Virus record (IMG/VR): IMGVR_UViG_3300027766_000001
Reading direction: 5' to 3' (one strand)
Source of the DNA: a virus
Lineage: Duplodnaviria; Caudoviricetes
DNA: 64,000 bases
The number at the start of each line of letters is the position of its first letter. The stretch's first letter is position 1. The position numbers and the translations under genes are program-made. The notes beneath the pieces were generated by a model. The model worked only from the letters and a program-made list of their open reading frames with translations, did no database searches and was not told where the DNA came from. Of this stretch, positions 49,545 through 58,749 are shown in pieces.

Positions 49545-49563
49545 TCCCCCTCGCTTTATGCCG
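49525..49563 (+). terminator. Hairpin with CATAA/TTATG boxes
   Basis: GTCATAAC-AGCGAGGGG-taat-CCCCTCGCT-TTATGCCG (stem slightly imperfect). Confidence 0.7.
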
Positions 49564-49593
49564 CCCTAATTTACAATGCATCGGATATCACCC

Positions 49594-49612
49594 CTACATC
49601 ACTAATGTGTAT
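49594..49612 (+). promoter_or_regulatory. Early promoter
   Basis: CTACATCACTAATGTGTAT. Confidence 0.7.
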
Positions 49613-49642
49613 CCTGTGCCTAATCTTTTCGAGGAACGTATT

Positions 49643-50356
49643 ATGAGCAATTCCGCAATGATCAATTCAGTCCGTGATTTTAAGAAAGCACGTAACGCTC
49701 AGACTGACAACGTCGTGGATATTCGTTCACAACCGTCTCTGGCTGAAATGCATTTTGCCCGTGCTGATGAAGCACACATTGAAGTAACCATTGAAACCCC
49801 ATCTGAAACCTTGACCTGTGAGGAAGTAATCATGAACACTAACACTACTGCTAACACCGCTGGCGCAACCCCTAACAACCTGAAAGTTGAACTGAGTGCT
49901 TTGGCAAAAACTGTTGAAGCGGCGTTGCAGGAAGGTACTGCGCAAGCACAGCCTGCTGTGGAAGAGCAGATCGAAACCGTATCAGTACGCGATGTGGTCA
50001 AAGCCCGTAAAGGTATCCGTACCAAACAGATCATTGAGAACGTCGGCATGGCAGTGGTAACTGCAGCCACTATCTCAGCAACCGGTCGTAAGTTTGGCCG
50101 TAACAAGAAGGCTGCTGACATCACTGCGGGTGTCTTCGGTGGTCTGATTGCTTACAACGCAATCTCTAAAGTCAGCCAGGGCAAGGCAGAGATCATCGCT
50201 AAATACGGTGATGACGAAGAAGTGAAAGCAGCTTCTACGTTCAACCTGTTTGACGAAGTCATCCCGAGCCTGGTTGGATCTGTTGTGTGTGGCGCACTGG
50301 TTGGTCGCTTCCTGGTGCGTAAAGCCAAAGAAGTTGTTAACGACGCGGCTGAATAA
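49643..50356 (+). CDS. Membrane protein with probable second in-frame start at 49832
   Basis: GAGGA RBS at both starts; three Gly/Ala-rich hydrophobic segments in C-terminal half. Confidence 0.7.
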   Translation: MSNSAMINSVRDFKKARNAQTDNVVDIRSQPSLAEMHFARADEAHIEVTIETPSETLTCEEVIMNTNTTANTAGATPNNLKVELSALAKTVEAALQEGTAQAQPAVEEQIETVSVRDVVKARKGIRTKQIIENVGMAVVTAATISATGRKFGRNKKAADITAGVFGGLIAYNAISKVSQGKAEIIAKYGDDEEVKAASTFNLFDEVIPSLVGSVVCGALVGRFLVRKAKEVVNDAAE

Positions 50357-50366
50357 GGATCGCATC

Positions 50367-50735
50367 ATGAGCCAAATTGATGAGGTGAGCTTACCGCTCA
50401 CCGCACGTAAAAACGTGCTGCTCACTCGCCTGTCCCGTGGGGCAGGCTTCGTGGGTGCTGTGTCAGCTGGGTTGCTGTTGAAGAAACTCCCGGCTGAAAA
50501 GATCGCCTTGGCGGCGGCCTTGCTCTGTTCGATGGAACTGGTGACCGCAGGCTTAACCGCTGTGGATGACCAGACCGTCAAAGATGAAATGAAACGTGAG
50601 AACTTCGGTCGCCCACAAGAGAAGCTGGAAGCAGCGGGTGTGGGTATGGGTACTGGCTTCGTCATCGTAGCAGCAGGGCTGCTCATGGTGAAGCTCCTCA
50701 GTAAAGGTAAAGACAATGAGCAAAACACAGAATAA
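50367..50735 (+). CDS. Small multi-TM protein
   Basis: AAGGA RBS; GAGFVGAVSAG and GVGMGTG helices. Confidence 0.7.
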   Translation: MSQIDEVSLPLTARKNVLLTRLSRGAGFVGAVSAGLLLKKLPAEKIALAAALLCSMELVTAGLTAVDDQTVKDEMKRENFGRPQEKLEAAGVGMGTGFVIVAAGLLMVKLLSKGKDNEQNTE

Positions 50736-50922
50736 GCAGTGCGAACAAATCGAAGTGGTTGCCCGTCCTGAGCGTTGGGGTATCCCGTTGGTGGCAATCA
50801 CCATGGGCGCCGTGCTGGCTGGCAGTGAAAACCGTGGCGTTAAAGCGCTGGGTGCAGGCATCGTCATGGCCTCTGCATTGAGCATCCTGAAGAAATTAGC
50901 AAGATTGGTGGACGAAGAATGA
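50716..50922 (+). CDS. Small two-TM protein
   Basis: Overlaps neighbours; hydrophobic hairpin. Confidence 0.65.
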   Translation: MSKTQNKQCEQIEVVARPERWGIPLVAITMGAVLAGSENRGVKALGAGIVMASALSILKKLARLVDEE

Positions 50923-51395
50923 AACACAAAGAAATGATTGAAGAAATGGAAAAGGTGACCCACTCCGAACTGCTGGAGTGGTTTGGGTCAGGTAAGAATG
51001 CTGAAGACTGGATCGTTAGCTATTACAACTTCGATGGCTTCAGTGACGAGGAGAAAGAAAAGGCACACGCTGATCTGCGTGTTGAGATCGTTACCATTCT
51101 GACCGAAGATCTGCTGCCAAGCGAATACCCGTATGCTGCGCTGAAACAAATGGGTGCAACTTCACAGGAGCTCCAGGACGCCAGCGCCTACGTACCGGGT
51201 AATCAGGTCTCCATAGATCTTTCTCTGGTCGCCGGTGAGTGGATCAATAAAGATCCGGTTAACGCCGTGGAAGAACAGATCGATGCGGTGAAAGCCAAAC
51301 TAAGCAGTAACCGTAAAAACCTGTTGCTTGGTATTGCGATCGGTAGTGTCGCAACCGCAGCTGTCGCTTATTGTCTGACCCGTGCAGATAAATGA
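50919..51395 (+). CDS. Acidic protein with C-terminal TM anchor
   Basis: ATGA overlap; LLLGIAIGSVATAAVAYCL. Confidence 0.7.
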   Translation: MKHKEMIEEMEKVTHSELLEWFGSGKNAEDWIVSYYNFDGFSDEEKEKAHADLRVEIVTILTEDLLPSEYPYAALKQMGATSQELQDASAYVPGNQVSIDLSLVAGEWINKDPVNAVEEQIDAVKAKLSSNRKNLLLGIAIGSVATAAVAYCLTRADK

Positions 51396-51401
51396 TGTGA
51401 T

Positions 51402-51438
51402 AAGAGAAGGGAGCATTGCTACCCTTCTTTTTTTGTTT
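51402..51438 (+). terminator. Intrinsic terminator
   Basis: AGAAGGG...CCCTTCT plus T-run. Confidence 0.7.
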
Positions 51439-51452
51439 AACAGGGGGTTATT

Positions 51453-51917
51453 ATGCACGACCTATTAGTGGTGATTGGGACGGTCATTGGCTTGTTCGTG
51501 CTGCTGTCCATTACTCGGCTGATGTTTGATTCCTGGTTGGCTCGAATGATGGAACGGCGTATACGTGCCTTGGCGTTGTTCCTGCGTGGTTATGATGGTG
51601 CGGTGAGTTCGACACTGTGTATGGTTGTGGTGGCAGAACTTCATTCGCGCTTATTCATGCCCAAAGAATTGAAAGTAGAAGAAGAACACAGCATCCTGAT
51701 TAACACGATTGCCAACTGGATCGTGGTACTGTGTCAGCAAGAAGTGCGCAACCAATTTGAAATGCTGTTGGTGATTGCCAGTGAATTGAACCATCAACCC
51801 AACCACAAAGCGTGTGTGAATATCACCACCACCAATCGCCTGGAGTTGATTGTTACCACCGAGGGATTATCACAACCTCTCTACCTGAAGTTCCATTCGA
51901 CCAATACCTTGTTTTGA
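51453..51917 (+). CDS. Hypothetical membrane protein
   Basis: N-terminal TM. Confidence 0.65.
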   Translation: MHDLLVVIGTVIGLFVLLSITRLMFDSWLARMMERRIRALALFLRGYDGAVSSTLCMVVVAELHSRLFMPKELKVEEEHSILINTIANWIVVLCQQEVRNQFEMLLVIASELNHQPNHKACVNITTTNRLELIVTTEGLSQPLYLKFHSTNTLF

Positions 51918-51918
51918 T

Positions 51919-51960
51919 CGGCATAAAGGCAGAGCCGGAGCCCTGCCTCGGTTTATGCTT
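51919..51960. terminator. Bidirectional terminator with CGGCATAA box
   Basis: CGGCATAA-AGGCAG...CTGCCT...TTATGC between convergent genes. Confidence 0.65.
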
Positions 51961-52567
51961 TGCCTGCAGTGAGACGTTGCTCGTAATCCGCGATGATTGT
52001 CCGAAGACGCTCGTTCTCGGCTTCAGAGGCAATCAGCTGAGCATGTTCCGTTACCCGACGCTTAATGGCATTGAGGCGGTTCTGCTCATTGATACGGTGC
52101 TGCTCAGCGGTGACGGTACCCACAGACGGTGCGACGTTAATAGACACGGTAGGTTCAATACCCACCAGATCAGATACCGTTGCCTTGACTTCATCCATAG
52201 TCTGTTGCAGTGAGCTCACCAGTGACGAAGGCACTGCACCCAGTGGAATCGACAACACCACGTAGTCATACGCAATGGCGGTATCGTCCGGCATCGAGGC
52301 AATGTACGTACTGGGTACGTAGATCGTCTTCTGCCCTGGTGCTGTCAACGTGATGATCATGGCATTGTTCAGTACGTCTGATTCGTACTCGACCTTGGTC
52401 AACCCTACCGGCGTGTAAACACGCTCCAGGATATTGACGTTCAGACCGAGCATCTCATCGATGGTACGAACTGCTTCTGCCATGTAAATGGTGTCAGGCG
52501 TAACCGCAAAGGGCGCGTTTAACGACCAGATACCTCGTAGGCGCGGTGGAGGTGTAATGTTAGCCAT
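51953..52567 (-). CDS. Conserved phiKZ-like protein, probable virion component
   Basis: Co-oriented with upstream structural-type gene; GAGGT RBS. Confidence 0.55.
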   Translation of the reverse strand: MANITPPPRLRGIWSLNAPFAVTPDTIYMAEAVRTIDEMLGLNVNILERVYTPVGLTKVEYESDVLNNAMIITLTAPGQKTIYVPSTYIASMPDDTAIAYDYVVLSIPLGAVPSSLVSSLQQTMDEVKATVSDLVGIEPTVSINVAPSVGTVTAEQHRINEQNRLNAIKRRVTEHAQLIASEAENERLRTIIADYEQRLTAGKA

Positions 52568-52577
52568 GGCTTACCTC

Positions 52578-53906
52578 TTACACAGTAACCGGGTACAGAG
52601 ACTCGGTATACGGCTTCGCCACCATCAGCAGTTTGATACCGTCTACGGTCTTGGTGCCACAGATGACGCCGTCACGTACCACACGGTTCACCCCAGCAGG
52701 CAGCTCAGAGAACTCTTGCATGGTTTCCGTGGCAATGACCAGCTCTTGCACCGCGTAGATGAAAGCCTGCGTGCCGCGTGAGATGCTGTCAAAGGTGACA
52801 TTGTCAGAGGGGATCAGCGCGTAGTCCGGGTACAATTCTTTCAGCTTGAACTGACCTGAACGGTTAGTGGGTTTAGCCACCGCATTCAGGATCAGGGATT
52901 TGTTCAGGCTTGGGAAGATCTGCAGTGATTTACGGACGTGATCCTCTGGGTACCACTTCATGACTTTCAGTGGGAGTTCCAGCATGGTTTCGAAATCGAT
53001 AACCGGGCTGTACGTACCTGCCTGCACCGTTTTGTTCGGAATGCTATAGGACATCCAATTCGGCGCGATCACGTACTCGATTGGGTTGAAGAGATCCGGG
53101 ATCACTAAGCCCCATTCTTCTTCATCGTATTTCGAGTTCGCCAGGATAGACGCTTTGATGGCTTCATACGCCGCATCATCGTTACGCCCGTTCTTACCCC
53201 AACCCACAACCTGCCAGTAGGCAGTCTGGAATTTGGCGGTATTGGCTTTGTCGTACACTTTGAACGAGTAGGTCTGAATGAAGGTCTGTGGATGAACACC
53301 GATCATCTCGTCCAGCGCCTGCGACACATCCCCCTTCGTGACAGCATCAATCGCTGTCTTCTGTTGAACGTAATCTTCATGCAAGATGTCCAGCTGATCG
53401 TTGGGCACACAGTTCAACACATCCAATTCAAACCGTGGGTAACTTAACTGGAATGCGGCATCCGTAAACCAGATCTTCACGGTGTTGTCGTCAACGTTAC
53501 TGCCAACGATGCTACCAGAGACCCATTCTGGCGCCCAGTGTTGTCCGTCGGTTACCATCGCACCAATCGCCAGGTTCGACCAGGCGTTGCCAAATTCGCT
53601 GGTGATCTGCTGCAGTGTAATGGTCTTATCGTTAGTGATCCGCCCGTCAATAATGCGCGTCATCAACCAGTAATGTAACTGGAGGATGGGTGACTTATAG
53701 ACATCGGTTAAAACAAAGTCGGCACCGTTATCGTTTTCAGCGGTGAACGCCTGAAAGACCGCACCGGGTTGACTATCGTTAGTATAGGTTCCGATGTTTC
53801 GGGAAGACGTCAAGGAGATTGCTGATAACTCGCCGATTGCATTTGTAATCTGCGGGCTATTGTTGATCAAGGCATTGCATACCGCAAACCCGAGTATCGT
53901 TTTCAT
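52578..53906 (-). CDS. Probable virion structural protein
   Basis: 442 aa; position beside RNase H as in phiKZ-like phages (inference); ATGTTATG upstream. Confidence 0.55.
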   Translation of the reverse strand: MKTILGFAVCNALINNSPQITNAIGELSAISLTSSRNIGTYTNDSQPGAVFQAFTAENDNGADFVLTDVYKSPILQLHYWLMTRIIDGRITNDKTITLQQITSEFGNAWSNLAIGAMVTDGQHWAPEWVSGSIVGSNVDDNTVKIWFTDAAFQLSYPRFELDVLNCVPNDQLDILHEDYVQQKTAIDAVTKGDVSQALDEMIGVHPQTFIQTYSFKVYDKANTAKFQTAYWQVVGWGKNGRNDDAAYEAIKASILANSKYDEEEWGLVIPDLFNPIEYVIAPNWMSYSIPNKTVQAGTYSPVIDFETMLELPLKVMKWYPEDHVRKSLQIFPSLNKSLILNAVAKPTNRSGQFKLKELYPDYALIPSDNVTFDSISRGTQAFIYAVQELVIATETMQEFSELPAGVNRVVRDGVICGTKTVDGIKLLMVAKPYTESLYPVTV

Positions 53907-53981
53907 GGTTCACCCTTTACAATGGGAGTGGATAAAAGACATAACATTCAGCAACGGTACGTGATTTGGGGGAATAACAGC

Positions 53982-54398
53982 ATGCTACTGTTACGTATAC
54001 TTTTTATGTGTCTCCCCTTTATTCGGAAGCACTCGAATACCTTCATGTCCGACGGCGCCACCCGGTACAGCACCTCGCGCAAAAACAAAGGGATTTATTA
54101 TGCGCTAATCGCATCCATTGTTCTGCTCTCAGGCTTAGTCATCTATGGCTATCGTGAATACGAGAACTTGAGTAAGCAGAATCGGCAGTTCGTTGACGAG
54201 TTAGGTGTTCTTCGTGGCATGACGAGCATCTACCCCAACATGACGGATATGTTGCAGCAAAACCGGATGCTGTTACAGCATAATAAAGCATTAGGCGATG
54301 AAGTGTTAGATCTCCGTGAGGAAAACAGTCGTTTACATGTTGAGTTGATTGGGAAATGTGAAACTCCAGTAAAAACGGTTGCGAAAGTACCTCCGTGA
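53982..54398 (+). CDS. Membrane-anchored coiled-coil protein
   Basis: TM GIYYALIASIVLLSGLVIYGY then heptad-like region; start uncertain. Confidence 0.5.
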   Translation: MLLLRILFMCLPFIRKHSNTFMSDGATRYSTSRKNKGIYYALIASIVLLSGLVIYGYREYENLSKQNRQFVDELGVLRGMTSIYPNMTDMLQQNRMLLQHNKALGDEVLDLREENSRLHVELIGKCETPVKTVAKVPP

Positions 54399-54468
54399 CC
54401 GTTTTGGTATTTCTTTACCTACCCGACCTATTATAAGAGAGTATTGCGGATAATTTGAGGAGTTTACG

Positions 54469-55980
54469 ATGGAAGTAACATCATTGCCGAAAGTCTCCAT
54501 GGTGTTATACACCGATGGTGGTTTTCGACAGAATGTCGGTGGTTGGGGGGTGCATGGTTACAGCTACACCGTAGACGACGAAGACAAGAAGAAAAAGAAG
54601 AAACCCGCTGTTGGTGTACCGACCACCACAGGGTACATTATCAAAGACGATCCAAAGATGCAGCAACGTGAAGTTGTACGTCCTGCACAGGTCTTTGAGT
54701 CATTCGGTGGCTTGCTACCGGAAACCACCAATAACATCGCTGAGATGACGGCTACGTTGAACGGCATGGATCTTGCCGTGAGCCAAGGTGCCGAGAAGTT
54801 GCTCATCTACACTGACAGCGAGTACGTAACGAAAGGCCTCACACAGTACCTCAATAAATGGAAGTCAAACGGCTGGCAAAAAGCTACAGGGGGCGAAGTT
54901 GCCAACAAAGCCTTGTGGGTTGCATTAGACAGCAAGCTTGCTGAATTGCAAGCAAAGAACATCCACTACACGTTCCAGTGGGTGAAGGGCCATGATGGCC
55001 ACAGAGGGAACGTAATGGCGGACTACATGGCAACGCGTGGTGTGCTGCTCGGTAAGAACGGCGATACCACACCGCGTCATAATGTCCAGGACTTCGGCGA
55101 GTACGACAAATACAGAGCGGACCGTCATCGCTTTGTGTCTCACGCTCGCTGGTACTTCAACCTCAGTGATGAGGACTTGCTGAAGGCGAACGAGCATGGC
55201 TTTTACGAGTACTGCTTCGGTCACCCTTCAAAGGAAGATACCGACCAAGTCTATCTGGGTAAAGCGTTGGCGGATACTGCATTCAGTACGGTGTGGTTGA
55301 AACAACCGGAAACCTGTTTGGACCTGGTGTATACCCGCGTGAAGAAGATCGCAACCAATGTGTACGGTAATGCCTTCATTGGGCGTCTTGACAACATCTA
55401 CTCCCCGTTCAACCATAAAGAGATTATGGACTACGGCGGCGAGTTGTTGTTCCGGGCGAACAAGAACGACAACGACATTACTAACTGCACAGGTGCTTTG
55501 ATTGTGCGTGAGTGTAACCCGCCGGCGATTTCGTATCGTGCGGTGAATAACCTCATGTTCCTGAACAAGTGCCTGACGGAGTTCCATACGGGGAAACTCA
55601 GTATCCTCAGTAAGGTGTATGACATTACCGATCTGATTTACGATCAGGAGACCACCAAGAAAGGTGAGGTGAAGTTCAACTTGGTGAAAACCATCAAGCA
55701 GAACACCAAAGCGATCAAGGTGCCGGTGTCGTGCGAAGTCCTCAATAAACCCATCACCGTAGACGTCACGTTGTCGCTGGGTCTGGATGTTCCTAACCGG
55801 AACACCTTAGCCGGCATCAGCGAAGCCAGTCCGAAGATTCACATCATGGTAATTAAGGAATCGGATGTTGCTTTCCGTTACTTGACTATCATGTCGTGTG
55901 ACGACGGTTATTGCATCATGGCAAACGTCTACGCCAACCTACGCATTCTGTCCAAAGCGGATCTGGACAAGTGCGCGTAA
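54469..55980 (+). CDS. rnhA: Ribonuclease HI with C-terminal extension
   Basis: YTDGG, TNNIAEM, YTDSEY, WKSNGW, VANKALW, WVKGH.GH.GN..AD..A. Confidence 0.92.
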   Translation: MEVTSLPKVSMVLYTDGGFRQNVGGWGVHGYSYTVDDEDKKKKKKPAVGVPTTTGYIIKDDPKMQQREVVRPAQVFESFGGLLPETTNNIAEMTATLNGMDLAVSQGAEKLLIYTDSEYVTKGLTQYLNKWKSNGWQKATGGEVANKALWVALDSKLAELQAKNIHYTFQWVKGHDGHRGNVMADYMATRGVLLGKNGDTTPRHNVQDFGEYDKYRADRHRFVSHARWYFNLSDEDLLKANEHGFYEYCFGHPSKEDTDQVYLGKALADTAFSTVWLKQPETCLDLVYTRVKKIATNVYGNAFIGRLDNIYSPFNHKEIMDYGGELLFRANKNDNDITNCTGALIVRECNPPAISYRAVNNLMFLNKCLTEFHTGKLSILSKVYDITDLIYDQETTKKGEVKFNLVKTIKQNTKAIKVPVSCEVLNKPITVDVTLSLGLDVPNRNTLAGISEASPKIHIMVIKESDVAFRYLTIMSCDDGYCIMANVYANLRILSKADLDKCA

Positions 55981-55992
55981 GGAGAATGTGTT

Positions 55993-56355
55993 GTGTTTGA
56001 TGCAGCAACGACATTACCAATACGCAACGACGTAGACATCGGCGCGTTATTTGACCGTGACCGAGACCTAGAGGCGCCGATTAAACGGCGCTTGTTTCTG
56101 ACCTATGTTTGCAGACTGCGTCACCCTACGGACAATGCGGATGAGCTGAATCGTAAGTATGCGATTACGCGCAATGCAAAGGACGTGGACCGCTATCTCA
56201 AATATCTGTCAGTACTGGATCGCAGATTGGGCCGTGTGTATGAGGGGGTGGACATGTCTTCGCCACTGGACATCATTGCACACATGCCTGACTGGATTCG
56301 CTATGGGTCAACGGTCGAAGTGTTTCGTGATCTCAAAAACCTGAAGTATCTGTGA
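55993..56355 (+). CDS. Hypothetical protein
   Basis: AAGGAG RBS, GTG start. Confidence 0.6.
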   Translation: MFDAATTLPIRNDVDIGALFDRDRDLEAPIKRRLFLTYVCRLRHPTDNADELNRKYAITRNAKDVDRYLKYLSVLDRRLGRVYEGVDMSSPLDIIAHMPDWIRYGSTVEVFRDLKNLKYL

Positions 56356-56356
56356 T

Positions 56357-56408
56357 CGGCATAAGAGGCGTTTCCTCCCAGTGGGAGGAAACCCTCTACT
56401 TTATGCTG
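56357..56408. terminator. Bidirectional terminator with both boxes
   Basis: CGGCATAA...TTTCCTCCC-agt-GGGAGGAAA...TTATGCTG. Confidence 0.8.
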
Positions 56409-56412
56409 TCTT

Positions 56413-57195
56413 TTATTTTTTGCTTAACAGTTTGTCAGCGGTGTTGTTCAGCGCAGTACCGGTCGCAATCATCAGCGTCAGGGTCACGCTGTAGACATCT
56501 ACCGCACGGGCCAGACTCAGCATGAGGTCACCCAACATCTTCACCTGCACGGCAGTCATCGGCAGCGCACCAGACGCAACGTCGTTGTGGATGAGTTCAG
56601 CCAGGGCTGCGATACGGTCCACGTTGAGGCGGGTGTCTTTGGCATTACGACGCAACAGGCCTTGCACCAGTGTGTTAAATTCCACATAGGTGGCCTGATA
56701 TTGTGTCATAGATTCAAAGCGCGTAGAGAACACCGCCTCTGTAACATCACGCCCGTTAAAGGCTTTCTGCAGCATCAGCTCGGTTTTGTTCTTAGCATTG
56801 GTGACATTGCTCGCCACATACACCGAGGCACTCTCACCGTTGCTCAGATTCGCTAAGCAGGTCAACACACTGGGAAGTGTTTGCTCAACCGTTGCCAGGT
56901 AAGCACACCCCTGCACCAGTGTCGGCATCAGCTCTTTATATGAGACGTTCAAACGCTGCGGTTGGAAAATCAGACTGTCCATGACCTGCGTGTAGTTCAT
57001 GGATCCCATGACTTTCTTGGCAGCATTAACGTCAGCCAGTACCAGTGGTTTGTCCAGACCCAGGAGTTTACCCTGGAAGTAATTCTTGATACCTGCAAAG
57101 AGATTACCGATCGAAGACTTGACATCAAAGCCTTCGTTACCGATGCCCTCGTTGAGGTCCTTTACAGCATTTTCAAAATCGCTAATGGTATACAT
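56413..57195 (-). CDS. Probable virion head protein
   Basis: N-terminal GIGNEGF resembles a phiKZ head-protease site; lies next to UvsX. Confidence 0.55.
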   Translation of the reverse strand: MYTISDFENAVKDLNEGIGNEGFDVKSSIGNLFAGIKNYFQGKLLGLDKPLVLADVNAAKKVMGSMNYTQVMDSLIFQPQRLNVSYKELMPTLVQGCAYLATVEQTLPSVLTCLANLSNGESASVYVASNVTNAKNKTELMLQKAFNGRDVTEAVFSTRFESMTQYQATYVEFNTLVQGLLRRNAKDTRLNVDRIAALAELIHNDVASGALPMTAVQVKMLGDLMLSLARAVDVYSVTLTLMIATGTALNNTADKLLSKK

Positions 57196-57276
57196 ATTTG
57201 CTCCGAGGGACGTTTGTTTTCTTCAACATATTATCACTTCTTATGAAGTCATTTTCTTTTTATCTAAGGAACAACC

Positions 57277-58665
57277 ATGAGCTTATCTTTTGGTGAAGTT
57301 ATTGAGAAGTCTAAGCCGATTCGGCCGTTGCTGAATATCGGTGCCGGCTTTGACATCCCGACCGGCAGTTATCGTTTTGGTAAGCATGGTGAGTCTATCC
57401 TGAACGGTGGACTGGCTCCTTACACAGCGATCGTCGGGAAAGGCAACACCTTTAAAACCGCCATTATGATGTTTAAGATGGGTCGTGTACTGGAACGCTA
57501 CGGCAACAGTAACGCCCTGCACTACGATACCGAATGTACCTTTGGTACTGACCGTATCCTGAGCCTGATGTCCCACCTCGATCCGGGTGTGGCGCAAAGC
57601 TGGATCGATGAAGGTCGTATCTACCTGACCGATGACTCGATTGCCAAGGGTAACGAATGGTTTAAGAAAACCGTTCAGGAGTATGCGACGTTAAAACAAA
57701 AAGATCGCAAGTCCATGGGTACCCTGCCTTTCGTTGACAGCAACGGCAATCCAATTCCTTACCTGTTCCCAACCGTGAACGGCGCGGACTCCATCTCTGA
57801 GATGAAGTTCAACGACCTGGAAAAGAACTACGCGAAGATGGAAATCGGCCAGGGCGAAATGCAGACCGAAGCCATGCGTGTGTCGAACGCCAAACGTATG
57901 CTGATCGAAAAGACCCAGGGTTATGCAAATGCCGGCGGGTTGTATGTGATCATGTCAGCGCACCTCGGCAAAGAGCTGAACATGGACGGCAAACCGCAAG
58001 AGAAGAAAACCACCTTCATGAAGCAAGGTGACAAAATCTCTAAAGTGCCAAGCCAGATCCTGTCACTGCCGAACAACGCCTGGGAAATCTCCACCGGTAC
58101 GGTGTTGATCAACCGCGACACCAAAGAGTGGTTGTATCCGAAACCGGGTGATGTTGAAACGGCGGGTAACCCCGATCTGCTAACCCTGGTGGCGAAGAAC
58201 CTGCGCGGTAAGAACGGCCCGTCTGGTGTACCGTGGGAATTTGTGATGTCACAGTCTGAAGGTCTGCTGCCGTCACTGACTGAATTCAACCACATCAAAA
58301 ACTGCAACCGTTACGGCCTTGGCGGGAATGACCGTAATTATTATGTTGAGTTACTGCCTGATGTGAAGCTGATGCGTACCACGGTCCGTGGCAAGATCGA
58401 TGAAACCGCTGAGCTGCGTCGTGCGCTGGAAATCACCATGGAGATGTGCCAGATGCGTTACCTGTGGCACACCCGTGATCCGAAGTACAACGTGACACCT
58501 GAAGAACTGCGCGTTGGGCTGGAGAAGAAAGGGTACAAGTGGGATGTCCTGCTGAATACCCGTGGCTTCTGGACGTTTGAGGAAGATAACCATCCTCTGC
58601 CGTTCTTGAGCACCATGGACTTGCTTCGCATGTACCATGATGAGTACCGTCCGTACTGGATGTAA
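57277..58665 (+). CDS. uvsX: UvsX/RecA-like recombinase
   Basis: LNIGAGFDIPTG, GKGNTFKT Walker A, YDTE, DSIS Walker B-like, AKNLRGKNGPSG. Confidence 0.85.
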   Translation: MSLSFGEVIEKSKPIRPLLNIGAGFDIPTGSYRFGKHGESILNGGLAPYTAIVGKGNTFKTAIMMFKMGRVLERYGNSNALHYDTECTFGTDRILSLMSHLDPGVAQSWIDEGRIYLTDDSIAKGNEWFKKTVQEYATLKQKDRKSMGTLPFVDSNGNPIPYLFPTVNGADSISEMKFNDLEKNYAKMEIGQGEMQTEAMRVSNAKRMLIEKTQGYANAGGLYVIMSAHLGKELNMDGKPQEKKTTFMKQGDKISKVPSQILSLPNNAWEISTGTVLINRDTKEWLYPKPGDVETAGNPDLLTLVAKNLRGKNGPSGVPWEFVMSQSEGLLPSLTEFNHIKNCNRYGLGGNDRNYYVELLPDVKLMRTTVRGKIDETAELRRALEITMEMCQMRYLWHTRDPKYNVTPEELRVGLEKKGYKWDVLLNTRGFWTFEEDNHPLPFLSTMDLLRMYHDEYRPYWM

Positions 58666-58680
58666 TGTGTCCGCGCGCTA

Positions 58681-58712
58681 AGGGGTGAGGAAACTCACCC
58701 CACTTTATACCG
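58681..58712 (+). terminator. Hairpin + TTATACCG
   Basis: GGGGTGAG-gaaa-CTCACCCC then TTTATACCG. Confidence 0.7.
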
Positions 58713-58749
58713 CCGGTTGGGAATGTAATGTTGTATTGGGAAAGACTAT

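Noticed and set aside
53982-54398. i-spanin call
   Set aside because: Topology fits, but no overlapping lipoprotein o-spanin or lysis gene is adjacent.
58685-58749. Longer start for the SLOG-like ORF
   Set aside because: It begins inside the terminator hairpin.
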